Shown here piece by piece: positions 48,726 through 58,800 of a stretch of DNA of 64,000 nucleotides. The position numbers and the translations under genes were made by a program. The stretch covers positions 288,001-352,000 of the forward strand of contig OZ241986.1 of NCBI GenBank assembly GCA_965204375.1, written 5' to 3'. Source of the DNA: Candidatus Latescibacterota bacterium (lineage in GTDB: Bacteria; Latescibacterota; UBA2968). The notes under the pieces were generated by a model. That model saw only the letters and a program-made list of their open reading frames with translations. It did not search any database and had not been told where the DNA came from. Each line of letters begins with the position of its first letter. Position 1 is the first letter of the stretch.

Positions 48726-48887
48726 CGAATCAGCGGAACGGGGTACAACTGCGTTAGCAGTTCATCAACGAATCAACGAATCAACGGAACGGGGTACAAC
48801 TGGCCGTCTCTCAGGCCAGTTCATCAGCGAAGGGAGTTCGCACTGACTTTGGGAGGTTGGGTGGGGTTCGTCTATTCGTCTATTCGT
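48726..48887. repeat. Composite intergenic repeat, copy B, with two GTAC-hairpin modules
   Basis: (ACGAATCA)n and (CGTCTATT)n ends; GGGGTACAACTG...CAGTTCA at 48736-48764 and 48787-48823. Confidence 0.8.
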
Positions 48888-49845
48888 TGGCGGTCGTGGA
48901 GGAAGGCGAAGTTGTAAAGAAGGTCTCGAAAATAGCGTTGTCAAGCTGGTTGAGCCGGGTTTGAAATGCGTCGAGGTATTCGTGCAGACCCCGCGTGATG
49001 ATTTCATCTATACTGGTGTAATCCAGTTCGGCGAGCAGGCGACCCAGTACTTGTTCGGACGTGTTTTGAAAAGAACCTTCGGGCGTACCCGATATGGTGT
49101 GCAACGATTGATTGGCTCTGGAAAGACAGTATCGAATAGCGCGGGGAAATTCGCGGTTTAAGAGCAAGAAATCGACCACATTATGGGGGTCGATAGGGCC
49201 ATATTGCTTGCGATACATTTCGAGGGCACTGGCAGATTTGAGCAATGCCGACCACTGGATATTGTCATAGGGCGTGCCCACAGCATCAACTTCGGGCAAT
49301 AAAAAAAAGTATTTGACATCGAGGATGCGCGAGGTCTTATCGGCGCATTCTAAGTCCCGGCCCAGTTGAGCAAATTGCCATGCTTCATTGTGAGACATGG
49401 TGTTGCGCTGAATGCCTGTGAACAGGTGACTGGCCATGATGATATCTGTAAAGTAGGTATGAGGCGCATCCTGTGCCTGGGGTTTGTCGATATTTTGCAC
49501 CTGCAAGTAGAATTTGTTAATCTGTTCCCACATCTCCGGTGAAATAATTTCTCGGATAGAACGCGCATTTTCACGGGCGTTTTGCAAGCAGGAGATAATG
49601 GAGTTGGGGTTTATGGGACTAAATGTCAGGAAGTCAATGACGCTGGCTTGATTGTCCGTTGCGTAGTTTTTATAGAACAGGTCCTGATCGCCTGTGGTGA
49701 GCACAAGCGGTTCCCACTGCCCTTTGGCTTCAACGGGTAAGTCGAGCATCAAGTGACAATTGACCTGGATAAAGCGGGCGACATTTTCGGCGCGTTCGAG
49801 ATAACGACTCATCCAGTAAATGGATTCTGCAGCGCGGCTTAACAT
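48880..49845 (-). CDS. Alpha-E domain protein (DUF403)
   Basis: MLSRAAESIYWMSRYLERAENVAR, ARENARSIRE, FPRAI. Confidence 0.93.
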   Translation of the reverse strand: MLSRAAESIYWMSRYLERAENVARFIQVNCHLMLDLPVEAKGQWEPLVLTTGDQDLFYKNYATDNQASVIDFLTFSPINPNSIISCLQNARENARSIREIISPEMWEQINKFYLQVQNIDKPQAQDAPHTYFTDIIMASHLFTGIQRNTMSHNEAWQFAQLGRDLECADKTSRILDVKYFFLLPEVDAVGTPYDNIQWSALLKSASALEMYRKQYGPIDPHNVVDFLLLNREFPRAIRYCLSRANQSLHTISGTPEGSFQNTSEQVLGRLLAELDYTSIDEIITRGLHEYLDAFQTRLNQLDNAIFETFFTTSPSSTTANE

Positions 49846-49859
49846 AAGATGGCTCGGCG

Positions 49860-51341
49860 TTAGTGCGTTTGTGAAAGGTACCTGGACGGGACAAATGGGT
49901 CGTCACTATCGTATAATACCCAGGTGTCTTTGCTTCCCCCACCTTGTGAAGAATTGACCACCAGAGATCCTTTTTTAAGGGCCACGCGCGTCAGCCCGCC
50001 GGGCAAGACATAAGTATCTTCGCCATTGTAGAGGATATAGGGCCGCAAATCGACGTGCCTACCTTCAAAGTGGTCTTCTACCAGAATAGGGCTTCGCGAG
50101 AGTGAAATGGTGGGCTGTGCAATATAATTGCGTGGGTTTTGGGTGATGCGGTTGGCAAAGTCTTCGCGTTCGGCTCGTGTGGAATTCACGCCAATGAGCA
50201 TGCCGTATCCGCCCGACTCATTGGCGGCTTTGACCACGAGGTTGTCCAGGTTTTCGAGTACATGCTGGCGTTGCTTGTCGTCCCAACAAACATAGGTGGG
50301 CACATTGGGCAGCAGGATGTCTTCGTTGAGATAATATTTGATGATCTGCGGCACATAAGCATATACGACCTTGTCGTCGGCAACACCTGTGCCGGGCGCA
50401 TTTGCGATGGCAACTTGACCGTTTTTATAGACTTCCATGAGGCCGGGGATGCCCAGCATGGAATCGGGTCGAAAAACTTCTGGATCGAGGAATTCGGCAT
50501 CAATGCGACGATAAATAACGTCAATGCGCTGGAATCCACGGGTTGTTCGCATCGATACAGAACCATCGGCAACGACGAGGTCCCGCCCTTCGACCAATTC
50601 GACGCCCATTTGTTGGGCGAGAAAGGCATGTTCGAAATAGGCCGAGTTGTAGATGCCGGGTGTGAGTAAAACGACCGTTGGCGATGTGACATGGGAAGGA
50701 GATAGAGAGCGCAATGTGTTGAGCAATTGAGCGGGATAGTCATCGACGTGTCGCACATGAGAAGCTTCAAATACTTCCGGAAATATGTGTTTGAGAACCT
50801 CGCGATTTTCAAGCACATAAGACACGCCCGAAGGACAGCGCATGTTGTCTTCGAGGATGTAAAACTGGCCGTCTCTATCGCGCACGAGGTCAATGCCAGA
50901 AATGTGACACCACACATCTTTGGGTGGCGAAAGGCCAATGCAGGGTTTTAGAAATTCTTGAGCTGTATCGATGACGTAGCGGGGAATGATACCGTCTTTG
51001 AGGATTTTTTGATCGGCGTAGATGTCGCAGAGAAACAGGTTGAGGGCCTGAATGCGCTGCACGAGGCCATTTTCGATGTAGGCCCAGTCGGTATGGGAAA
51101 CGATGCGCGGAATGATGTCGAAGGGAAAAATTTTTTCAACGCCAGCTTCGTGGCCATACACATTGAACGTGATGCCCATGTTCATCAAGGCCAGTTCGGC
51201 GGCTTGATGGCGTTTTTGGAGTTCGTCTTTGGAGAGTTCGCCGAGTTTTTCGAGGAGCACTTGCGCGCCGGGATGGGGCGTGTTCGGAGATTCGAAGAGT
51301 TCGTCGAAAAATCCGCCGAGTTCATAAGATGAAAAGTCCAT
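49860..51341 (-). CDS. Circularly permuted type 2 ATP-grasp protein (DUF404/407)
   Basis: EDNMRCPSGVSY, YFEH, GTGVADDK, SGGYG, VNSSQGGGSKDTWV. Confidence 0.95.
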   Translation of the reverse strand: MDFSSYELGGFFDELFESPNTPHPGAQVLLEKLGELSKDELQKRHQAAELALMNMGITFNVYGHEAGVEKIFPFDIIPRIVSHTDWAYIENGLVQRIQALNLFLCDIYADQKILKDGIIPRYVIDTAQEFLKPCIGLSPPKDVWCHISGIDLVRDRDGQFYILEDNMRCPSGVSYVLENREVLKHIFPEVFEASHVRHVDDYPAQLLNTLRSLSPSHVTSPTVVLLTPGIYNSAYFEHAFLAQQMGVELVEGRDLVVADGSVSMRTTRGFQRIDVIYRRIDAEFLDPEVFRPDSMLGIPGLMEVYKNGQVAIANAPGTGVADDKVVYAYVPQIIKYYLNEDILLPNVPTYVCWDDKQRQHVLENLDNLVVKAANESGGYGMLIGVNSTRAEREDFANRITQNPRNYIAQPTISLSRSPILVEDHFEGRHVDLRPYILYNGEDTYVLPGGLTRVALKKGSLVVNSSQGGGSKDTWVLYDSDDPFVPSRYLSQTH

Positions 51342-51390
51342 GTGTTCACCATCCAGCAAAAGAATGGCTTACGTGACGTGGCGACAAAAA

Positions 51391-51419
51391 ATAATAAAGC
51401 GGTGGAGAGCACCTGTCAA
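51391..51419 (-). promoter_or_regulatory. Sigma70-like promoter of the ATP-grasp operon
   Basis: TTGACA-17 bp-TATTAT. Confidence 0.65.
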
Positions 51420-51508
51420 TTGTTTTTTGGGTGAACGATGGGGCGGGATTTTAGGATGAGAGGATGAAAGACGGGGAGGTATCCGCAGGTGGACGCAGAA
51501 CCATCACA

Positions 51509-51537
51509 TTGACCACGTACTGCAATTGTAGTATATT
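51509..51537 (+). promoter_or_regulatory. Sigma70-like promoter of the Rieske gene
   Basis: TTGACC-17 bp-TATATT. Confidence 0.55.
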
Positions 51538-51613
51538 TTTTATTGGATCGTAAAATGCGGTTTTAGTCTATTATTTTTTTTACTTCAGGTCATTATTTTG
51601 AGGGGGTATGGTT

Positions 51614-53461
51614 ATGGCTATCGCTACTCAAAGTTTCCAGGATCGACTGATGGACGGAGATATGACCCTGGATGTTTCTCCGGAGGTAGATCCGGGCAAC
51701 CTGGTGTATCACAAATTGTGCTCTGCTGATGATTTTGAAGAAGGCGAAGGGAAGCCGTTTACGGTGGAGGGCACCCACATCGCCGTTTTCCGCTACGATG
51801 GGGGGTTCAATGCGGTAGATAACCGCTGTCCGCACATGGGATATCCGATGTCCGAGGGCAGCGTTCGGGATGGGGTCCTGATCTGTCATTGGCACCACTG
51901 GGAGTTCGACCTTAAGACGGGCGGCTGTTTCATAACCTCCGGAGCCGGAAACGATCTGAAGAGCTTTCCCGTGGAGGTGCGGGACGACGGGTGTCTGTAC
52001 GTGGGGCTTGCGCCGGGCGAAAAAGAGGCGGCCAGACGCCGGCAGATTGACCGGGGGAAGTATATTCTTGAGCAGGGTCTGAAAGATCGGAGTTCGCTCC
52101 TGATTGCCAAGGCGATTACCGCGCTAAAGGCCGCGGGTGCCACGCCGCAGGAGATGATCCAGCAGGGACTTTTTTACGGGGCATATAAATCGAATGAGGG
52201 TTGGTCATCGGGGGTGGCCATTTTGACGCTGGCTGCAAATATGTTGGAAGATGTAGATGAGAGAGACCACAATCTTTTCCTGGTTCATGGGCTGACACAG
52301 ATTTCCAGACGCACATCAGGAGGTTCGCGACGGCAGGGTTTCCCTTTGCCCAAAACCTCGGACGAACCGGACCTGGCGACCCTCAAACGCTGGTTCCGGC
52401 GGCTGGTGGATCAGCGCAGCAGCAGTGCAGCACAGCGTATTCTGATGACCCTGTACGATCGTGGATATTCACCCGAAGAGATTGCGGATGTCGTTTTTAC
52501 CACGGCGACGGATTTCTATTTTACCGGGGACGGTCACGCGCTCGATTTCGCGAATAAGATGTTCGAGGCCTTAGATTATGTGGATTGGGAAGGGGCGAAT
52601 GAGATTTTGCGACCGATTGTAGTAGATTTAGTGGGCAGAGAACGACACGAGGAGACCGCCAGATGGGAAGACAGCGTGCCGGTCCTGGAAGATATTTTCA
52701 CCCGTCTGGACGAGATATGGGAAGCGAACCAGGAGAACGAGGCACCGCTGGATATTTCTGCTTTTACGCAGACGCTGCTGGGGGAGGAATTCGAGCCGAT
52801 TGTCGCCGAGATCGAAGACAAATTGCGCGAGGGTGTGAAGCCCACGGATATCTGCCGGGCAATGACCTATGCCGGAGCCATCCGCACGGCGCGGTTCCAC
52901 CTCAAGAACGAGGGGGACTGGCACGATGTGGCGAATATTTACTCTTACGCCCATGCCCTCTATCGCGCTTTCCATCTGGCACCGAGTGCAGAGCTTTTGC
53001 GCGGTATTTTCCACGGTGCTGTGTTTATGACCTATTTGCGCTGGCTCAACATGCCAGCGGCCCGCCTGCCCAGGGAAGGACAGCGGCTGGACGAGACGTT
53101 CGCGTCCGAGGACAAGATGTTGGATCGGCTACAGGAGTTTGCGGACTTCCAGAAGGTCTTTGAGGCTGAGGTGCTGGTAAGCCAGTACCTGGAGGAAGGT
53201 TACGATATCGCGAAGCTCAGGCATACTTTGGCACATATTATGCTGCGCGAAGATGCGGAGTTGCACATGTTCCAGGTGCTGGAGGTGGCGTTCCGGCACT
53301 ACGACCTGTCGGACGATCCGAATGAGAAGCGTATGCACCTGCTGGCGGCGACCCGGTATATTACCGCCCAGAAAGTGATGAAGGGAATTCTGTGGTCCAC
53401 GGAGAACGCGGAGCGGCTGCAGCGCGGGGAACTGCTAAGCGAGCGGGATGATGATAATTAG
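51614..53461 (+). CDS. Rieske 2Fe-2S ferredoxin domain fused to a large helical domain
   Basis: NRCPHMG...ICHWHHWEFD; GHALDFANK in the C-terminal part. Confidence 0.85.
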   Translation: MAIATQSFQDRLMDGDMTLDVSPEVDPGNLVYHKLCSADDFEEGEGKPFTVEGTHIAVFRYDGGFNAVDNRCPHMGYPMSEGSVRDGVLICHWHHWEFDLKTGGCFITSGAGNDLKSFPVEVRDDGCLYVGLAPGEKEAARRRQIDRGKYILEQGLKDRSSLLIAKAITALKAAGATPQEMIQQGLFYGAYKSNEGWSSGVAILTLAANMLEDVDERDHNLFLVHGLTQISRRTSGGSRRQGFPLPKTSDEPDLATLKRWFRRLVDQRSSSAAQRILMTLYDRGYSPEEIADVVFTTATDFYFTGDGHALDFANKMFEALDYVDWEGANEILRPIVVDLVGRERHEETARWEDSVPVLEDIFTRLDEIWEANQENEAPLDISAFTQTLLGEEFEPIVAEIEDKLREGVKPTDICRAMTYAGAIRTARFHLKNEGDWHDVANIYSYAHALYRAFHLAPSAELLRGIFHGAVFMTYLRWLNMPAARLPREGQRLDETFASEDKMLDRLQEFADFQKVFEAEVLVSQYLEEGYDIAKLRHTLAHIMLREDAELHMFQVLEVAFRHYDLSDDPNEKRMHLLAATRYITAQKVMKGILWSTENAERLQRGELLSERDDDN

Positions 53462-53495
53462 GACAGGGCCCGGTGAAGGCAGAGGGCTGAACAGG

Positions 53496-53529
53496 CAGTA
53501 GCAGGCAACATCCTGCTACTGTTTTTTTG
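53496..53529 (+). terminator. Rho-independent terminator
   Basis: CAGTAGCAGG/CCTGCTACTG stem followed by TTTTTTT. Confidence 0.85.
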
Positions 53530-53537
53530 TGCATTTC

Positions 53538-54533
53538 CTATCTGATCGGCAGAAATTTTCCACCTTTTCTCGCTGATTCTTCGGCTGTAATGCAGGCATT
53601 GGCAACGGCGAGGGTATCGTCTGTTGAGATGAAATTTTCTGCGCCGCGCGAGAGTGCAGTGATCATATTTTCAACAAATGCCTGATTGGTTGAGGGTGGG
53701 AGTTTGGGTTCGTACGTGCCCGATTTGTTGGAGACAATGAGCACATGGTCGTCGGCATAGGCGCGCAAGTGTGCAGAGCCTTCGGTGCCCATAATAATGA
53801 ATCGCGTGTCGCCAAAAGATCGCGAATCTTTGGGGGTGAGCCAATCGGCAGTGGCGGTGGCAAGTGCGCCATTGTCGAGTTGAAACGAAGCCTGGACGTG
53901 ATCGAATGTGAGGCCCGTGTCGATGTGTTTTTTGAGTATGCCGAGCGCGTGAACCCCCGTGTATTCTGCGCCGGTAAGCCAGCGAATCTGATCCACGCCG
54001 TGGCCTGCCAAATCGTGAAATGTACCCACATATTTGTCTGCCTCAAAGTAAAGTGCGGGGGGATTTGCGCCGAGTTTGTGCGGATGTGTGGTGATGAGGC
54101 TCACGAGATCGCCCAAATCGCCATTTTGAATTGCCTGTCTCAATGCGATAAAGGCGCCATAACTGCGAGATGTAAAAAAGGTGGAAAGTTTGATATCGTT
54201 CTTTGCGACGGCAGTTTTGATGCGTTGTAATTCTTCCGTCGTTCGGCAGAGCGGTTTGTCGAGTAGTATGTGGACGCCGGCTGCCGCGCACGTTTCGATG
54301 ACAGGCGTTTTTTCGTGATGCTCGAGACCCTCAATTACCAGGTCGGGTTTTGCTTTTTCGAGCATCTGGTCGAGTGTGGCAAAGCGGGTGATATTGTGGT
54401 CTGCGGTATATTTTTCGCAAAGCGCGTCATCGGATTCTACAATGCCGACGATTTCGCTATTTGGCGCGTTGACTGCCGAGTGAAACATACCACTTATATG
54501 TCCGTAGTGCATGCCCATAATACCGATTTTCAT
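53538..54533 (-). CDS. Gfo/Idh/MocA oxidoreductase
   Basis: MKIGIMG, GVHILLDKP, DLAGHGVD. Confidence 0.9.
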   Translation of the reverse strand: MKIGIMGMHYGHISGMFHSAVNAPNSEIVGIVESDDALCEKYTADHNITRFATLDQMLEKAKPDLVIEGLEHHEKTPVIETCAAAGVHILLDKPLCRTTEELQRIKTAVAKNDIKLSTFFTSRSYGAFIALRQAIQNGDLGDLVSLITTHPHKLGANPPALYFEADKYVGTFHDLAGHGVDQIRWLTGAEYTGVHALGILKKHIDTGLTFDHVQASFQLDNGALATATADWLTPKDSRSFGDTRFIIMGTEGSAHLRAYADDHVLIVSNKSGTYEPKLPPSTNQAFVENMITALSRGAENFISTDDTLAVANACITAEESARKGGKFLPIR

Positions 54534-54546
54534 AATAGCGTCCTTC

Positions 54547-55323
54547 CTACGCTCGCCACCTGTGCGATTCGAGCACCGTATGTGTTAAAAAAAGAAAAAA
54601 AGCCGCAGCACTAATAAAAAATACCACGTCGTGGGTATCGACAACGCCGTGAATCATGTCTCGGGTGTGTTCGATGAGGGAGAGAAATTTCAAAATAACA
54701 AAAAATATGTCGCTGGCAAAACGCGCGGCCCAGTCGATAATCCACAATAGAATTAAAAAGAAAAAAGACAACATAGCCGCGATAATCTGATTTTCGGTCA
54801 AAGACGATGCCAAAATGCCCACGCTGATAAATGTGGCGCCAATCAGCACTACAGCCAGCGCACCGGAAAGAACGGGCCCCCAGTCTAATTGCGCGTGCAT
54901 AGACAACACGCCAATATAGCCGAAGGCCATCACTTCGATTAGCAAATACAATACATAACAAGCGAGAAATTTTCCTATCAAAATTTGTGCTGAAGTAATC
55001 GGCGAGGTCATCAACAACTCATACGTACCCCCGCGTTTTTCCTCGGCGTAGAGACGCATCGTGAGCATTGGGATCACAATCATCCAGATAAAAGTCTGAA
55101 ATTCAAAAAATGGTGTGACAACCTCTGTATTGACGTTGAGTAGAATTTTTTCTTCGCGTTCTGCCAATTTCAGATATACGGTCATATCGTGAAATTCGAG
55201 CAACTGGTTGCGAAAAACAAAGCCACTAAATAGCAAAAACACGCCGGCCATCACGTATGCAATTGGCGAGCCAAAATACGACCGCATCTCTTTGCCAAAA
55301 ATCGCCATTACATTGCCCATCAC
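54547..55323 (-). CDS. ABC-2 permease (GldF-like)
   Basis: KEMRSYFGSPIAY, EEKRGGTYELLMTSP, TENQIIA. Confidence 0.9.
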   Translation of the reverse strand: MMGNVMAIFGKEMRSYFGSPIAYVMAGVFLLFSGFVFRNQLLEFHDMTVYLKLAEREEKILLNVNTEVVTPFFEFQTFIWMIVIPMLTMRLYAEEKRGGTYELLMTSPITSAQILIGKFLACYVLYLLIEVMAFGYIGVLSMHAQLDWGPVLSGALAVVLIGATFISVGILASSLTENQIIAAMLSFFFLILLWIIDWAARFASDIFFVILKFLSLIEHTRDMIHGVVDTHDVVFFISAAAFFLFLTHTVLESHRWRA

Positions 55324-56246
55324 ACCTCCTCTTCGTGCATGGTCAGCGCGTGAAAAATTTCTTCCAGAGACATAGCTTCACGCTTCATTTCCACCAGTCC
55401 CATGCCCAATTCGACAATGCGAGCCGATACTGCGGCACTCAAATCCGCTTCAGCCGGCCAATGGACGTGCAGCCCATTATTTGCTCGCGTCACATCGCTA
55501 ACCCCTTCAATAGTGGCAATGGCTTTGGCTGCAATATCTATATCGCCCGATATCCGAACAAAAAACCGCGTTGTGTCGCGCATATTAGCCGTGAGATTTT
55601 CAGGGGTATCAACAGCGACAATTTTACCTTCGTGAATAATGACCACGCGATTGCAGGTCATTTCAACTTCGGGCAAAATATGCGTGCTTAAAATTACCGT
55701 GCGCTCCTGGGCAAGTTCGCGGATCAACTGTCGCACCTCGATGATCTGATTGGGATCGAGGCCCGAAGTTGGCTCGTCCATGATTATTACTTCGGGGTCG
55801 TGCAATATCGCCTGTGCAAGTCCTACCCGCTGTCGATACCCTTTGGACAAATGACCGATGAGTTGCTCGGTGCGACCCACAAGCCCGCATTGGACAACGA
55901 CTTCATCAATTCGCCGCCTAGATTCTTCTGGCGCAACCCCCTTGATTTTAGCGATAAACTCCAGATATGTACGCACGCGCATATCGCGATACAGGGGTGG
56001 TAATTCGGGCAAATATCCAATGCGTTTTTTGACTTCTAATGGATTGTCAAAAATATCGTAGCCGGCAATGCGCGCCGTGCCTTCTGTGGCGGGCAAAAAA
56101 CAGGTGAGTACGCGCATGGTCGTGGTTTTGCCCGCGCCGTTTGGTCCCAAAAAACCGACAATTTCACCCTTACCCACTTGAAACGAAATGTCGTCAACAG
56201 CCGTAAACGCGCCGTAGCGCTTTGTCAGGCGATCAACTTCTATCAC
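55320..56246 (-). CDS. ABC transporter ATPase (GldA-like)
   Basis: GPNGAGKTT, LSKGYRQR, DEPTSGLDP. Confidence 0.95.
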   Translation of the reverse strand: MIEVDRLTKRYGAFTAVDDISFQVGKGEIVGFLGPNGAGKTTTMRVLTCFLPATEGTARIAGYDIFDNPLEVKKRIGYLPELPPLYRDMRVRTYLEFIAKIKGVAPEESRRRIDEVVVQCGLVGRTEQLIGHLSKGYRQRVGLAQAILHDPEVIIMDEPTSGLDPNQIIEVRQLIRELAQERTVILSTHILPEVEMTCNRVVIIHEGKIVAVDTPENLTANMRDTTRFFVRISGDIDIAAKAIATIEGVSDVTRANNGLHVHWPAEADLSAAVSARIVELGMGLVEMKREAMSLEEIFHALTMHEEEV

Positions 56247-56257
56247 ACCTTACTCCT

Positions 56258-57139
56258 TTATCCCTTAATTTTCTTTGCTCGCAACCTGAAAAATTGCATC
56301 AACGGTTCGTGATACGCCCCTTGAGTCGAAATATTTACAGCGTCTAAGCCTATGCGCCGAAACAACGCTTCGCGGTCATCTCGCTCTTTTCTCGTTAGCT
56401 TTTGAAATGCATCGCGCACTGCTGCATCGCCAAAATCGACCATGATGCCTTCGCCCGTCTCGGCATCTTCTAACTCCACTATGCCAATTGCAGGTAGATC
56501 GTACTCCCGAGGATCTTCCAGTGCTATCGCTATCAGATCGTGACGCCGATTGGCAACGCGCAATGCTTTTTCATAGTCGGAAGCAAAAAAATCAGATACC
56601 AGAAACACCACACTGCGCCTGTAGGTCACGCGATTTAAATATTCCAATGCCACATCGATATTTGTACCGCGCCCTGAGGGTTGAAAGTACAACAACTCTC
56701 GAATGACGCGCAACACATGCTTTTTGCCTTTTTTGGGGGGAATAAATAACTCGACATCGTCGGTAAAAATGATCAGTCCCACGCGATCGTTATTCTGAAT
56801 TGCGGAAAAGGCGAGCAACGCGCAAATCTCAGCACCTATCTCGCCTTTCATTTGCGACACCGTTCCAAAGTCACCCGATGCACTCGCATCCACCATCAAT
56901 ATCACGGTGAGTTCGCGCTCTTCGTCGAACACTTTGACAAAAGGGTCATCCATACGCGCTGTTACGTTCCAGTCGATTGTGCGGACATCATCGCCGGGCT
57001 GATATTCTCGCACTTCTGCAAACGCCATACCCCTGCCCTTAAATACCGAATGGTACTCGCCAGCAAAAATTGTGTTCACCAGATTGCGTGTGCGCAACTC
57101 AATGCGCTTTACTTTTTTGAGGATTTCAGTTGGAATCAT
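56258..57139 (-). CDS. DUF58 protein
   Basis: REYQPGDDVRTIDWNVTAR, DASAS, SDF. Confidence 0.93.
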   Translation of the reverse strand: MIPTEILKKVKRIELRTRNLVNTIFAGEYHSVFKGRGMAFAEVREYQPGDDVRTIDWNVTARMDDPFVKVFDEERELTVILMVDASASGDFGTVSQMKGEIGAEICALLAFSAIQNNDRVGLIIFTDDVELFIPPKKGKKHVLRVIRELLYFQPSGRGTNIDVALEYLNRVTYRRSVVFLVSDFFASDYEKALRVANRRHDLIAIALEDPREYDLPAIGIVELEDAETGEGIMVDFGDAAVRDAFQKLTRKERDDREALFRRIGLDAVNISTQGAYHEPLMQFFRLRAKKIKG

Positions 57140-57145
57140 GGTAAA

Positions 57146-57227
57146 AAGTTAGAAGTAAGAAGTGTGAAGTGAGAAGGCCCCGTCCAGCCCCCAAAAGGCT
57201 GGTACTTCATTTCACACTTCACACTTT
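57146..57227. repeat. Inverted array of 7-bp units around a central hairpin
   Basis: AAGTTAG-AAGTAAG-AAGTGTG-AAGTGAG ... CCAGCC/GGCTGG ... TTCACACTTCACACTTT. Confidence 0.7.
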
Positions 57228-57229
57228 CT

Positions 57230-58225
57230 TCATGGTACTTCAATGTGATCGAATATTTGGCGCGCAATTTCTTCGGAGTCAATTTCTTCGGCTTCGGCCT
57301 CGTATGTCACCAGCACACGGTGGCGCAACACATCCAGGCCGATGGCTTTCACATCTTCGGGGGTGACATAGCCGCGATGGCGCAAAAACGCGTGTGCTTT
57401 GGCAGCGCGGGTCAGGGCGATAGACGCGCGCGGCGATCCACCAAATTCGATCAAGGCGCGCAAATCCCCCAGGCCATAAGCCTCCGGATCACGGGTTGCT
57501 AATACGAGATCGACGATATAATCTTTGATTTTATCATCCACGTAAATCTCGTCGGCTACGCTTCGCGCACGAATGAGATCGTCAGTTGTTATGACCGTCT
57601 CAATTTGAGGGGTTGCATCGCGGCTCATGCGATCGACAATAGTGCGTTCTTCCTGTTTATTGGGATATGTTACCCGCACTTTCAGCATAAAGCGATCGAC
57701 CTGTGCCTCGGGCAGTGGATAGGTCCCCTCTTGTTCGATGGGATTTTGCGTGGCCAGCACCAAAAATGGATCGGGCATAGCAAATGTTTCGTTCCCAATA
57801 GTCACTTGACGCTCTTGCATGGCTTCGAGCATGGCGCTTTGTACTTTTGACGGTGCGCGATTGACTTCATCGGCGAGTACGAGTTGGGCAAAAATAGGCC
57901 CCTTTTGAGCTACAAATTGGCCCGTCTCTCTGTGATAGACCATTGTGCCAATCAGGTCGGCGGGCAACAAATCGGGTGTAAACTGAATGCGTTTAAAAGA
58001 CGCCTGAATCGCCTGAGCCAATGAATTGACAGTTAGCGTCTTGGCAAGGCCGGGAACGCCCTCGAGCAGGACATGGCCGTTGCACAACAGGCCGATTAAC
58101 AATCGCTCAATCATGTCCTGTTGCCCAACAATGACCTTGCCCACCTCGGCCAATAACCGATCGACAAACGCGCTTTCGCGCCCAACCCGCTCATTGATTA
58201 CTTGAATATCTTGTCCAACTGTCAT
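57230..58225 (-). CDS. moxR: MoxR AAA+ ATPase
   Basis: EGVPGLAKT, RIQFTPDLLPAD, DEVNRA, ATQNPIEQEGTYPLPEAQVDRF. Confidence 0.95.
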   Translation of the reverse strand: MTVGQDIQVINERVGRESAFVDRLLAEVGKVIVGQQDMIERLLIGLLCNGHVLLEGVPGLAKTLTVNSLAQAIQASFKRIQFTPDLLPADLIGTMVYHRETGQFVAQKGPIFAQLVLADEVNRAPSKVQSAMLEAMQERQVTIGNETFAMPDPFLVLATQNPIEQEGTYPLPEAQVDRFMLKVRVTYPNKQEERTIVDRMSRDATPQIETVITTDDLIRARSVADEIYVDDKIKDYIVDLVLATRDPEAYGLGDLRALIEFGGSPRASIALTRAAKAHAFLRHRGYVTPEDVKAIGLDVLRHRVLVTYEAEAEEIDSEEIARQIFDHIEVP

Positions 58226-58229
58226 TGCA

Positions 58230-58712
58230 TCACTCTCGACTTATTGGTTTGGTACGCAACCACTGTTCGGGCGCTTTGCCCAAATTTGCAATCGAAAATT
58301 TGGCATCATCTACCAACTCAGAGTTTGGATATGTATCAACCACCTGCTGATAGGCCAGCCGCGCCTGTTTGTAATCGCCGAGTTGATCGTATATGTAGCC
58401 AATCATAAACTGTGCCTGTACACAATATCGGCTCTGCGGAAATCGCGCGATCAGGGTTTCGTATCGCGCAATAGCTTCTTTGTGTTTCTGCTGATTCATC
58501 AACACCCGAGCCAGAGCCTGTAGTGCCACCTCAGCGCGAGGATCGTCGGGAAACTGCGCCAGAAATTCCGCCAATTTGACTTCGGCCATTGGATACGACG
58601 CCATATCGTGCGCGGCCTGTTCGCCCTCTCGAAATAGCAGATCCGCAGACTGCTCTTGCCCCCCACAGGCGACAAATAGTGGCAAAAAGAATAGGAATCG
58701 AAATCTGTGCAT
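58230..58712 (-). CDS. TPR lipoprotein (BamD/YbgF-like)
   Basis: Lipobox FVAC; repeated FP.S/YPNS TPR turns. Confidence 0.8.
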   Translation of the reverse strand: MHRFRFLFFLPLFVACGGQEQSADLLFREGEQAAHDMASYPMAEVKLAEFLAQFPDDPRAEVALQALARVLMNQQKHKEAIARYETLIARFPQSRYCVQAQFMIGYIYDQLGDYKQARLAYQQVVDTYPNSELVDDAKFSIANLGKAPEQWLRTKPISRE

Positions 58713-58800
58713 CTTTTTCCATCTCCTTTGCTTATTCAAACTTTTTCAAAAACGCTTTTGTCCAATTCGAGTTCCCGTTTTTTCTTTCTACACTGTGCGA

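Noticed and set aside
48726-48887. Possible mini CRISPR array (repeated GGAACGGGGTACAACTG)
   Set aside because: Only two adjacent units, intervening DNA is itself repeat, no unique spacers, no cas genes
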